A program made the position numbers and the translations under genes. From contig CACXNA010000003.1 in NCBI GenBank assembly GCA_902768985.1, forward strand, positions 58,675 through 122,674: a stretch of 64,000 nt of DNA. The letters run 5' to 3'. Below, in pieces: positions 8,977-16,622 of the stretch. How positions within the stretch are numbered: position 1 is the stretch's first letter; each line of letters opens with the position of its first letter. A model generated the notes under the pieces. The model searched no databases. It saw only the letters and a program-made list of their open reading frames with translations, and was not told where the DNA came from. This DNA is from an uncultured Bacteroidia bacterium. Its GTDB lineage: Bacteria; Bacteroidota; Bacteroidia; Bacteroidales; UBA932.

Positions 8977-9389
8977 CGCCGGAACATTTCTATGAGGGTT
9001 GTTTCAGCGGGCGTTTCGCCCGCAAAAAAGTCCGCCAGCGAGGCATCCACAGACGCCATGATCTGCTCGCTGTCGGTAGAAGCCTCTCCGTAAGAATAAC
9101 GGACGCACACGTCGCGTTCCGCTCCCTTGAATCGGGGGAACAACCCGACGGAGAGAAGGATGACCAGGGCGGCCGCGACGGCGGCCCAGGAATACGCCCA
9201 GCGGGCGGGTGCCCGGCGGGACGTCTGCGCCCGGCCCAGGGACAGGTAGCCCAGCACGCCCCGCAGTTCTTCGAACGCGGGGTCGTCCGTGCGGGCGGCG
9301 TACCGGGCGAGCCGGCGCTCCTCGGCCGGCGTGGTCTCCGCCTCCCAGTAGCGCTGCATCAAGGCTGTATATTTCTCTTTATCTGTCAT
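8973..9389 (-). CDS. Putative anti-sigma factor (single-pass membrane protein)
   Basis: 138 aa with one TM helix (WAYSWAAVAAALVILLSVGLF). It overlaps the ECF sigma gene 3' end by 11 nt. Confidence 0.55.
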   Translation of the reverse strand: MTDKEKYTALMQRYWEAETTPAEERRLARYAARTDDPAFEELRGVLGYLSLGRAQTSRRAPARWAYSWAAVAAALVILLSVGLFPRFKGAERDVCVRYSYGEASTDSEQIMASVDASLADFFAGETPAETTLIEMFRR

Positions 9390-9858
9390 CTTTCAGTGTG
9401 TTTCTAAGTGTTTTGCGGGCGCGGGAGAGTTGCATCCTCACCGCGGCCGGCTCCATGCCGAGCTCCCGCGCTATTTCTTCCAGGGTTCGCCCGCCGTATT
9501 CCTTCTCTTCCAGGATGTATCGCTGCGTCTCCGTCAGTTCCGATTCGATCTTGCGATGCATGGCGGCGTAGGCTTTCTCCCTGTCTTCGACGTCGGGCGG
9601 CGCCTCCGCGACATCCGCTTCCAGCGGGACCAGGCGCCGTCGTCGCCGCTCATTCAGGCTGGCGTTCCGGACCGTCCGGGCCAGCAGGGCCTCGGCTTCC
9701 TGCTCGGACTGCAGCGGATACCGCTTTTGCCAAAGCCGCACGAAGCTGTCCTGCAGGATATCCTCGGCGCCGGTCGGATCGGGCAGCACGCGCACGGAGA
9801 TCCCCTTCAGCTTCTGCCGAAGCCTGATAAATGCATCAGTCAGGAAATCGTTTGCCAT
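9379..9858 (-). CDS. RNA polymerase ECF-type sigma-70 factor
   Basis: 159 aa with region 2 (EDILQDSFVRLWQKR, ARTVRNASLNERRRRR) and a region-4 HTH (GRTLEEIARELGMEPAAVRMQLSRARKTL). Confidence 0.85.
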   Translation of the reverse strand: MANDFLTDAFIRLRQKLKGISVRVLPDPTGAEDILQDSFVRLWQKRYPLQSEQEAEALLARTVRNASLNERRRRRLVPLEADVAEAPPDVEDREKAYAAMHRKIESELTETQRYILEEKEYGGRTLEEIARELGMEPAAVRMQLSRARKTLRNTLKDDR

Positions 9859-9885
9859 CCTACTCTATATAACACGGCCGCTACT

Positions 9886-9893
9886 CAAATGTA
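9886..9893 (-). promoter_or_regulatory. -7 box TACATTTG for the ECF sigma operon
   Basis: Exact TAnnTTTG on the minus strand, 27 nt upstream of the ATG at 9858 and 12 bp from repeat element B. Confidence 0.5.
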
Positions 9894-9905
9894 ACAACTA
9901 TTTTT

Positions 9906-10038
9906 GACAGGTGTCCACAAAATCGGCCTCTGGTGCAATAAAAGTGGATACCTCCCCTGGAAAATAGGCGAAATAGGCCAAAAATGCCGACAGGTGTCCA
10001 GAAATATTGCGTAGGATGGCGTTTTTGTGGACACCTGT
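9906..10038 (-). repeat. Four-arm double-hairpin element, family DH-1, copy B (inverted relative to A)
   Basis: Arms at 9909-9918, 9944-9953, 9990-10000 and 10027-10038. The reverse complement aligns with 6721-6852 at about 85% by eye. Confidence 0.8.
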
Positions 10039-10104
10039 CCGAAGAATACACCGCGCCCGCCGATGCGGGGGCTGTGCGGGGGCCTGAGCACGTTTGCCCG
10101 TGCG

Positions 10105-10231
10105 GTCGGGGGCCGTGCGAGGGGTGCGTGGGGGGCGGCGGGCGCTATAGGCTGGTGGCGGGAAGGCGGCAGGGTGCTGGCGGACGGGCATTTTGTTGCC
10201 CGGACGTCAGCAGCCCTGTCGCCTCCGCCGG
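10105..10231 (+). repeat. GC-rich structured repeat E125, copy 1
   Basis: It aligns with the reverse complement of 53092-53216 (GTCGGGGGCCGTGCG.GGGGTGCGT ... GGCAGGGTGCTGG..CAGCAGCCCTG). It contains a long imperfect hairpin at 10169-10218. Confidence 0.7.
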
Positions 10232-10240
10232 ATGGAAAAC

Positions 10241-10270
10241 GAGATTCGCCGGTCGGAGCCGGCGAATCTC
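10241..10270. repeat. Perfect 12-bp-stem hairpin GAGATTCGCCGG-TCGGAG-CCGGCGAATCTC
   Basis: The palindrome is visible directly. Its 3' arm shares 11 of 12 nt with the hairpin arm at 58938-58949. Confidence 0.6.
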
Positions 10271-10434
10271 GTACGGTAATACGTTCAGAGCGAAGCGAAG
10301 TCGGCACCAGCCGACCGGCCGGCCCCGGGTATTTGGCCAATTTGGCCAAATACGGAAAGGGGTTTATGGCCGCAAGGGGTTACAGGGGGCGGAGCCCCCT
10401 TCATGGATAGGTCTGGGGGGAACGCCCCCCAGTC

Positions 10435-10470
10435 ATAAAAAAGCCGCTGCGCGGGATCGTGCAGCGGCTT
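10435..10470 (-). terminator. Rho-independent terminator of pta
   Basis: On the minus strand, AAGCCGCTGC-loop-GCAGCGGCTT is followed by TTTTTAT. Confidence 0.7.
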
Positions 10471-10475
10471 TCATA

Positions 10476-10510
10476 GGCTATGGATGCAAAGCTACTTTGC
10501 ATCCATAGCC
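10476..10510 (-). terminator. Perfect 16-bp palindrome overlapping the last 5 codons and stop of pta
   Basis: GGCTATGGATGCAAAG-CTA-CTTTGCATCCATAGCC. It is the first of two tandem hairpins after pta. Confidence 0.5.
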
Positions 10511-11499
10511 TGGCAGGCGGTGATGGCGATCATCTTATAGACGTCGTCCACCGAGCAGCCGCGGCTGAGGTCGTTGACCGGCCGGGCGATGCCCTGCAGG
10601 ATGGGGCCGATGGCGTCGGCGTTGCCGAGGCGCTGGATCAGCTTGTAAGCGATGTTGCCGACCTCGAGGTTCGGGAAGACGAGGACGTTGGCGTTGCCGG
10701 CGATGTCGGAGCCGGGGGCCTTCTTCTTGCCCACGGACGGCACCAGGGCGGCGTCGGCCTGGAGCTCGCCGTCGACCTTGAGGGTCGGGTCGAGCTGCTT
10801 CGCGAGGGCGGTGGCCTCAATGACCTTGTCCACCACCTCGTGCTTGGCGGAGCCCTTCGTGGAGAAGGAGAGCATCGCCACGCGCGGGTCGGCGAAGCCG
10901 GCCACGCTCTTGGCGGTCTGCGCCGTGCAGACGGCGATCTGCGCGAGCTGCTGGGCGTCGGGGGCCGGGGTCACGGCCACGTCGCCGACCACCAGCACGC
11001 CGTTCTCGCCGTACTGCGGGGTCTGGGTGATCATCAGCATGGCGCCGCTCACGCAGGTGATGCCGGGGGCGCACTTGATGATCTGCAGGGCCGGGCGGAG
11101 GGTCTCGCCGGTGGTGGAGAGGGCGCCGCTGATCTGGCCGTCGGCGTCGCCGCTCTTGATGATGAGGCAGCCGAAGTACAGCGGATCGAGCACCGTCTTG
11201 GCCGCAACCTCGGGCGTCATGCCTTTGTTCTTGCGCAGCTCATAAAGCAGATTCGCATACTCGGCGGTCTTCTCGCTGGTCTCAGGATCGATGATGGTGG
11301 CCTGATCGATGTGCTTCAGACCGAGCTCAGCGGCATAGGCGAGAACCTTCTCGCGGTTGCCGATGAGGATGATATCGGCGAGGCCGTCGGCGATGGCGCG
11401 GTCGGCCGCCGTGATGGTACGCTCCTCGAAGGATTCCGGGAGCACGATGCGCTGCTTGTTGGACTGGGCGCGCGCAATGATCTGGTCAATGAGGGACAT
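10492..11499 (-). CDS. pta: Phosphate acetyltransferase
   Basis: 335 aa recognisable along its length as the Pta catalytic domain (IVLPESFEERTI, LSFSTKGSAKHE, NVLVFPNLEVGNIAYKL). Confidence 0.95.
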   Translation of the reverse strand: MSLIDQIIARAQSNKQRIVLPESFEERTITAADRAIADGLADIILIGNREKVLAYAAELGLKHIDQATIIDPETSEKTAEYANLLYELRKNKGMTPEVAAKTVLDPLYFGCLIIKSGDADGQISGALSTTGETLRPALQIIKCAPGITCVSGAMLMITQTPQYGENGVLVVGDVAVTPAPDAQQLAQIAVCTAQTAKSVAGFADPRVAMLSFSTKGSAKHEVVDKVIEATALAKQLDPTLKVDGELQADAALVPSVGKKKAPGSDIAGNANVLVFPNLEVGNIAYKLIQRLGNADAIGPILQGIARPVNDLSRGCSVDDVYKMIAITACQAMDAK

Positions 11500-11505
11500 A
11501 TGCAG

Positions 11506-12723
11506 TTAGTTTTCGAGTTCGGTGACAATGTGCATGGTGTCGCGGGCGATCACCAGCTCCTCGTTGGTCGGGATGAGGGCCACCTTGACGGTGGAATCCG
11601 GCAGGGAGATGATGGTCTCGGCACTGCGGGCGCCGTCGTTGGCGTCGATGTCGATCTTGACACCCATGTAGGAGAGGTTCTCGCAGATGTGGCGGCGCAG
11701 GCGCGGGTTGTTCTCGCCGATGCCGGCCGTGAAGACGATGAGGTCCACGCCGTTCATCTCGGCGATGTAGGCGCCGACGTTCTTGATGGTGTCGAAGGTG
11801 AGCTTCTTGAGCACGATCTTGGCGCGGGCGTCGCCGGCCTTGGCCGCGGCGTCCATGTCGCGCAGGTCGGAGCTCTTGCCGGACAGGCCGAGGAAGCCGC
11901 TCTTCTTGTTCATGATGTTCGTCATCTCGTCAGGCGTCAGGCCCTCCTTCTTCATGATGTAGGGAACGATGTTGGCGTCGATGTTGCCGCAGCGCGTACC
12001 CATGATCATGCCCTCGAGCGGGGTGAAGCCCATGGAGGTGTCCACCACCTTGCCGTCCTTGATGGCGGTCACGGAGCTGCCGTTGCCGAGGTGGCAGGTG
12101 ATGATCTTGGAATGGTTGATGTCCAGGCCGGCGAGCTTGGCGCCGCGCTGGGAGACGTATTGGTGGGACGTGCCGTGGGCGCCGTAGCGGCGGACGCGGT
12201 ACTTCTCGTAATACTCATAAGGAAGGGCGTACATGTAGGCGTACGGCTCCATCGTCTGGTGGAAGGCGGTGTCGAAGGTCACGACCTGCGGCACATCCGG
12301 CAGCACGTGCGAGACGGCCTCGATGCCGAGCAGGTGGGCCGGGTTGTGGAGCGGGGCGAAGTCGCAGCAGATCTCGATCTTCTTCAGCACGTCCTCGCTG
12401 ACGAGGGTGCTCCCGGAGAAGAAATCCGCGCCCTGCACGATGCGGTGGCCGACGGCCTCGATGTCGTCGAAGCTGGAGAGCACGCCGTGCTCGGGATCCA
12501 CGAGGGCGTCGAGCACGAGCTTCATGCCGACTTTGTGGTCCGGAATGGCCTGGGTCACGGTGTAAGGCTCTTTGCCGGTAGGTTTATGGGTAAGGCAGCC
12601 GTCGGGCAGGCCGATCTTCTCGACCAGGCCTTTCGCCAGCAGATCATAGACATCGTCGTTCTTCATGTCCAGCAACTGGTACTTGACCGAAGAGCTGCCG
12701 CAGTTGATAACCAGGATAATCAT
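11506..12723 (-). CDS. ackA: Acetate kinase
   Basis: The start MIILVINCGSSSVKYQL lies at 12723; the ORF-track extension upstream is spurious. Motifs GHRIVQGADFF, RRYGAHGTSHQYV and FTAGIGEN are present. Confidence 0.95.
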   Translation of the reverse strand: MIILVINCGSSSVKYQLLDMKNDDVYDLLAKGLVEKIGLPDGCLTHKPTGKEPYTVTQAIPDHKVGMKLVLDALVDPEHGVLSSFDDIEAVGHRIVQGADFFSGSTLVSEDVLKKIEICCDFAPLHNPAHLLGIEAVSHVLPDVPQVVTFDTAFHQTMEPYAYMYALPYEYYEKYRVRRYGAHGTSHQYVSQRGAKLAGLDINHSKIITCHLGNGSSVTAIKDGKVVDTSMGFTPLEGMIMGTRCGNIDANIVPYIMKKEGLTPDEMTNIMNKKSGFLGLSGKSSDLRDMDAAAKAGDARAKIVLKKLTFDTIKNVGAYIAEMNGVDLIVFTAGIGENNPRLRRHICENLSYMGVKIDIDANDGARSAETIISLPDSTVKVALIPTNEELVIARDTMHIVTELEN

Positions 12724-12750
12724 AATGAAAGTTTCTATTTCTTTGAGGCG

Positions 12751-12758
12751 CAAAATTA
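12751..12758 (-). promoter_or_regulatory. -7 box TAATTTTG for ackA-pta
   Basis: Exact TAnnTTTG on the minus strand, 27 nt upstream of the ackA ATG. Confidence 0.5.
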
Positions 12759-12794
12759 CGAAATATTGCGTATTTTGGCAAAAATTCGATTGAA

Positions 12795-13865
12795 ATGGTC
12801 GTGCGGAGAGACATGGTGGCGATTTCAATCCCTTTTTCAGCAGGAGTGGCCATGGCGGCATACGTGTCGCCCGGGGGAGATGCGCTGTTTCTGACCGCCG
12901 CGGGGAGCTGCCTCGCGGCGACGGTCCTGCTGGCGCTCGCCTGCGGCCGGGGGCCGCGCATGCCCGTTTTCCTGCTGCTCTTCTGGGCCCTTGGCATCTT
13001 CTGTCACTGCTCCGCCGCCCTGTCCGTGCCGCTCCGGCCGGGCCCCTGGCCCCCGGCGGAGCGCGCCCTCGGGCGGCTGCTGGGCGCCATCGACGCGGCG
13101 GGCTTCCCCCACGGGAGCACGACCGCGCTGCTGAAGGCCCTGCTGACGGGGCAGCGCGACGGGCTCGACCGGGCCACCGTGTCCACATTCCGCGCCGCCG
13201 GCGCGTCCCACATCCTCGCCCTGTCGGGGCTGCACCTGGGGATGCTGTACGGCCTCCTGCACCTGCTGCTGCGCTGGCTGGGCCGCAGCCGCGCGGCCAC
13301 GCTCGTGCGCAGCCTGCTGCAGGTGGGCTTCGCGGCAGGGTACGTCGCCATGACGGGCGCCTCCCCCTCGCTCGTCCGCGCGTTCCTGTTCATCCTGCTC
13401 AACGAGCTCGCGCGCCTGCTCCCGGGACGCCGGCGCAGCCCGCTGAACCTCTTCTGCACGGCGCTGACCATCCAGCTGGCGGTCTCCCCAGGCGTCATCA
13501 CGAGCCTGGGCTTCCAGCTCTCCTACCTCGCGATGCTCGGCATCGTGCTGGTCTTCCCGCGGCTCGACGCCTGGTACCCCCGCGGCCCGCGCTTCGACCC
13601 GCTCCGCCGCATCTGGAGCGGCGTCGCGCTCACCCTCTCCTGCCAGCTGTTCACGGCGCCGCTGGTGTGGCTGCGCTTCCGCCAGTTCCCGAAATACTTC
13701 CTGCTCACCAACCTCGGCGCGCTGCCGCTCACCGAGGCCTTCATCTGGTGCTCCCTGCCCGTGCTGGCGGCCGGGCGGCATTGCCCGGAGGGCATAAAAA
13801 AGCTGGCCGATGCACTCGGCCAGCTCCTATTGCAATTCCTGGAAACGGTGGCGTCTATTCCCTGA
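12795..13865 (+). CDS. ComEC/Rec2 family competence protein (core channel domain only)
   Basis: Multi-TM protein with the competence-domain motifs AGASHILALSGLHLGML, SPSLVRAFLF and GFQLSYLAMLGIV. At 356 aa it has no beta-lactamase-like domain. Confidence 0.8.
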   Translation: MVVRRDMVAISIPFSAGVAMAAYVSPGGDALFLTAAGSCLAATVLLALACGRGPRMPVFLLLFWALGIFCHCSAALSVPLRPGPWPPAERALGRLLGAIDAAGFPHGSTTALLKALLTGQRDGLDRATVSTFRAAGASHILALSGLHLGMLYGLLHLLLRWLGRSRAATLVRSLLQVGFAAGYVAMTGASPSLVRAFLFILLNELARLLPGRRRSPLNLFCTALTIQLAVSPGVITSLGFQLSYLAMLGIVLVFPRLDAWYPRGPRFDPLRRIWSGVALTLSCQLFTAPLVWLRFRQFPKYFLLTNLGALPLTEAFIWCSLPVLAAGRHCPEGIKKLADALGQLLLQFLETVASIP

Positions 13866-14862
13866 CGCAGCGCACCGGAGCGACGAAATCCGTCTTCGAC
13901 ATGAGGCCGCGGTAGAGGATGTCCTTGTCCTGATAAATGTAGCGGCAGACGCCCAGACCGCCCTCCTCGTCGGAGGTCCAGAACACGGCGTACTTGAAGT
14001 CGCCCTGGAAAGCCAGGCTGCTTCCGGAGCCCACGCCGTAGCCAACAGGCATCGCGGAGAAGCACAGCTCGTCGGTGATCTTGACGTCACGCCAGTATTC
14101 CCACATCTTGGTGCCGTTGAAATAGAGGTCGGCCATCATCTTGCCGGCCAGGCCGGGAATGTCGGAAGAGGCATCGGCGCCCAGCTGGAGCGCGGCCACC
14201 TCGGCGTCGGTCGGCAGGCGCCAGCCCGGCGGGCAGGCCGTCTGCGCTTCCTCCCAGGTGTAGTAGCGTCCGAACACGTCCGTCATGGCCGAACAACCCT
14301 TGAACGGAACGCCGGCGCCGGTCCAGGCCAGGTTCTGGCGCATCCACTCCAGGTCGCCGTTATACGAGGAATAATAGCGCTTGCTGTCGCGGTAATCCAC
14401 GAAAGAGAAGGAGCCCTCCTTGTCGAAATTGGTGATGGAGCCGGTGCCGGAGAGGCCGGGATACACCACGGTCGTGGTAGACAAGACCCGGAAGCCCGAA
14501 TACTGGGAATCTTTCCCCATGTATCCGCCCAGGGTCAGCGTCGCCGCGCCGGTACGGTTCGGGACCGTGTAGGTGTAATAATGATTATGGATCACGCCGT
14601 CGGCCGTGACGAGGGTATCCGCGAGGTTCGTCTCCGCATCGAGGAAGAAATAACCGATCGGCTCGTCGTCCGGACAGATCAGCGTCATCAGGGTATCGAT
14701 CATGAAGGTCTTGGTATCGCCTCCGGTCATGTATTCAGGCAGCTCGAGGTAGAGATATCCGTCCAGCGTCTTCGTGGACGTCTCTTCTTTCTTGCAACCC
14801 GGCACGGTCGCCAGCAGCGCGGCGACCAAAACGGCAGGGAGCAGGATTCTGTTCAACTTCAT
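13855..14862 (-). CDS. FISUMP-domain lipoprotein (Fibrobacter succinogenes major paralogous domain)
   Basis: The internal start MKLNRILLPAVLVAALLATVPGCKK gives a lipobox. The C-terminal motif is FGRYYTWEEAQTACPPGWRLPTDAEVAAL. Confidence 0.8.
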   Translation of the reverse strand: MKLNRILLPAVLVAALLATVPGCKKEETSTKTLDGYLYLELPEYMTGGDTKTFMIDTLMTLICPDDEPIGYFFLDAETNLADTLVTADGVIHNHYYTYTVPNRTGAATLTLGGYMGKDSQYSGFRVLSTTTVVYPGLSGTGSITNFDKEGSFSFVDYRDSKRYYSSYNGDLEWMRQNLAWTGAGVPFKGCSAMTDVFGRYYTWEEAQTACPPGWRLPTDAEVAALQLGADASSDIPGLAGKMMADLYFNGTKMWEYWRDVKITDELCFSAMPVGYGVGSGSSLAFQGDFKYAVFWTSDEEGGLGVCRYIYQDKDILYRGLMSKTDFVAPVRCVRE

Positions 14863-14914
14863 ACGTATCTTACTTACAATTTGCAAATATGCGCAAAAAT
14901 GCGCGAAAAACCGC

Positions 14915-14922
14915 TAACTTTG
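14915..14922 (+). promoter_or_regulatory. -7 box TAACTTTG for apbE
   Basis: Exact TAnnTTTG, 21 nt upstream of the ATG at 14944. Confidence 0.5.
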
Positions 14923-14943
14923 TGCAAATACTTTGCCGAACAG

Positions 14944-15915
14944 ATGAAATACAGGATATTTTTCGCCATCTTTCTGACCGTCTGCGTCCTGGCCGGATGC
15001 CAGCGCGGCCGGTACTACACTTTCACGGGCTATGCCCAGGGTGGCACCTATACCGTCAAGGCCGACCTCGAGGGGGTCGAAGTCCCCGCGGAGCAGATCC
15101 AGCAGCGGATCGACGCCATCCTCGACTCGATCGACTTCAGCCTGTCGGGCTACAACAAGAATTCCCTGCTCTCCCGCTACAACGCGGGCGAGGAGATCGT
15201 CCCCGACCGCTTCTTCCGCGAGGTCCGCGCCCTGTCGGAGCGGTACCGCGCGCTGACCGGCGGCGCCTTCGACGTGGCGGCCGGCCCGCTCTTCGACATC
15301 TGGGGCTTCGGCTTCACCTCCGACAGCCTCCCCGACCCGGCGCGCGTCACCGCCGCCCTGGCCGCCTGCAAGGAGGAGAAAGTGTTGAATTTCAACGCCA
15401 TCGCGCAAGGATACACCTGCGACGTCGTGGCGGATTACCTGCACGGCATCGGGGTGCACAACATGCTCGTGGACATCGGCGAAATCTATTGCGAGGGCCT
15501 CAATCCCGCCGGGAAAGGCTGGACCATCGGCGTGGACAATCCCGTGGACGGCAACGACACGCCCGGCCAGGACCTCCGCGGCATCTGGCAGTCGGACGGG
15601 AGCGCCTGCGGCATCGTCACCTCCGGCAACTACCGCAAATTCTACGTGAAAGACGGGAAGAAATACGCCCACACGATCGACCCGCGGACCGGCTACCCGG
15701 TCCAGCACGACCTGCTCAGCGCCACGATCGTGGCGCCGACCGCCGCCGAAGCGGACGCGCTGGCAACCGCCTGCATGGTGATCGGGACGGAGCAGGCGCG
15801 CGCCCTGATCGAGTCCCGTCCCGACCTGGAAGGCTATCTGATTACCGCCGACACGATCTGGATGTCGGACGGCTTCGCCGAGCGCGCGCGGGGCACGTAC
15901 TTTCCGCAAAAATGA
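14944..15915 (+). CDS. apbE: FAD:protein FMN transferase ApbE (lipoprotein)
   Basis: The start MKYRIFFAIFLTVCVLAGCQ gives a lipobox. The sequence is ApbE-like (FDVAAGPLFDIWGFG, VTSGNYRKFY, HTIDPRTGYP, ADALATA). Confidence 0.9.
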   Translation: MKYRIFFAIFLTVCVLAGCQRGRYYTFTGYAQGGTYTVKADLEGVEVPAEQIQQRIDAILDSIDFSLSGYNKNSLLSRYNAGEEIVPDRFFREVRALSERYRALTGGAFDVAAGPLFDIWGFGFTSDSLPDPARVTAALAACKEEKVLNFNAIAQGYTCDVVADYLHGIGVHNMLVDIGEIYCEGLNPAGKGWTIGVDNPVDGNDTPGQDLRGIWQSDGSACGIVTSGNYRKFYVKDGKKYAHTIDPRTGYPVQHDLLSATIVAPTAAEADALATACMVIGTEQARALIESRPDLEGYLITADTIWMSDGFAERARGTYFPQK

Positions 15916-15916
15916 T

Positions 15917-15924
15917 TAACTTTG
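15917..15924 (+). promoter_or_regulatory. -7 box TAACTTTG for the DUF4290-ftsK operon
   Basis: Exact TAnnTTTG, 23 nt upstream of the ATG at 15948. Confidence 0.5.
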
Positions 15925-15947
15925 TAGTCTATTGACTATTTATCGCC

Positions 15948-16622
15948 ATGGAATATAACGAACCCTCCCATACCCTGGATTACAATACCACCCGCGAGAA
16001 ACTCGCCATGCCCGAATACGGGCGCAACGTGCTCAAAATGGTGGAGCAGCTGAAAGCCATTCCCGACAAGGACAAGCGCACCGAGCAGGCCCGCGCCATC
16101 GTGAAGGTGATGGAGCTCCTCAACCCGCAGGTGCACAGCCAGGACAATTTCGAACACAAACTCTGGGACCACCTCTACATGATCGCAGGCTTCGACCTGG
16201 ACGTGGACTCCCCCTATCCCTGCCCCGTGGCGGAGACCTTCAACACCGATCCCGTGCCCATCCCGATGAAGGGCTCGAAGATCCGGGCCTTCCACTACGG
16301 CCGCAATATCGAAAGCATCATCAACCTGCTCTGCGAGCAGCCGGACGGCGAGGTCAAGACGGAAATGATCCGCTCGCTGGCCATCTACATGCGCACGCAG
16401 TACCTCATCTGGAACAAGGACAGCGTGGCCGACGAGACCATCTTCGCTGACATCGAAAAGATGTCCGACTACCGCCTCCGGGTCCCCGAGGGGCTGAGCC
16501 TGAGCAAGATCGCCGGCGACGCGAATTTCTCGCGCCCCGGCATGGGCATCAACGTCGGGCAGCCCGGCTCCGGCCAGCGCAAGCGCAAGAATAACTACAA
16601 ACGACCGTTCAAGAAGAAATGA
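15948..16622 (+). CDS. DUF4290 domain-containing protein
   Basis: 224 aa with an N-terminus (YNTTREKLAMPEYGRNVLKMVE...DKDKRTEQARAIV) as I recall for DUF4290. The tail is basic. Confidence 0.75.
   Translation: MEYNEPSHTLDYNTTREKLAMPEYGRNVLKMVEQLKAIPDKDKRTEQARAIVKVMELLNPQVHSQDNFEHKLWDHLYMIAGFDLDVDSPYPCPVAETFNTDPVPIPMKGSKIRAFHYGRNIESIINLLCEQPDGEVKTEMIRSLAIYMRTQYLIWNKDSVADETIFADIEKMSDYRLRVPEGLSLSKIAGDANFSRPGMGINVGQPGSGQRKRKNNYKRPFKKK

Noticed and set aside
6721-10038. CRISPR array or a Bacteroides-type invertible promoter (inverton) as an explanation for the repeated hairpins.
   Set aside because: This is not CRISPR: the repeats are not regularly spaced direct repeats, and no cas genes are present. 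It is not a classical inverton either. Those have 15-30 bp inverted repeats around a 150-400 bp promoter next to a site-specific recombinase. Here the inverted repeats are about 130 bp and 3 kb apart, and no invertase gene is present. Inversion by homologous recombination remains possible and is covered in the findings.
9984-10508. ORFs of 127-174 aa in the GC-rich 10.0-10.5 kb intergenic region.
   Set aside because: The translations are Gly/Arg/Ala-rich and span several unrelated palindromes and the pta terminators. No start context or homology is recognisable.
10480-12894. Very long ORFs antisense to recognised genes. Examples: 804 aa opposite pta/ackA; 16595-19042 opposite ftsK; 20800-23673 opposite addA-like; 32719-35337 opposite the porin; 49701-51836 opposite asnS; 5068-6693, 36992-39304, 2352-3611, 3535-4746, 61819-62874.
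   Set aside because: Their translations are low-complexity (rich in G/A/V/D/E/R/H/L) with no recognisable motifs, while the opposite strand encodes clearly identifiable conserved proteins. High GC3 on the sense strand removes stop codons from the antisense frames, producing classic shadow ORFs.
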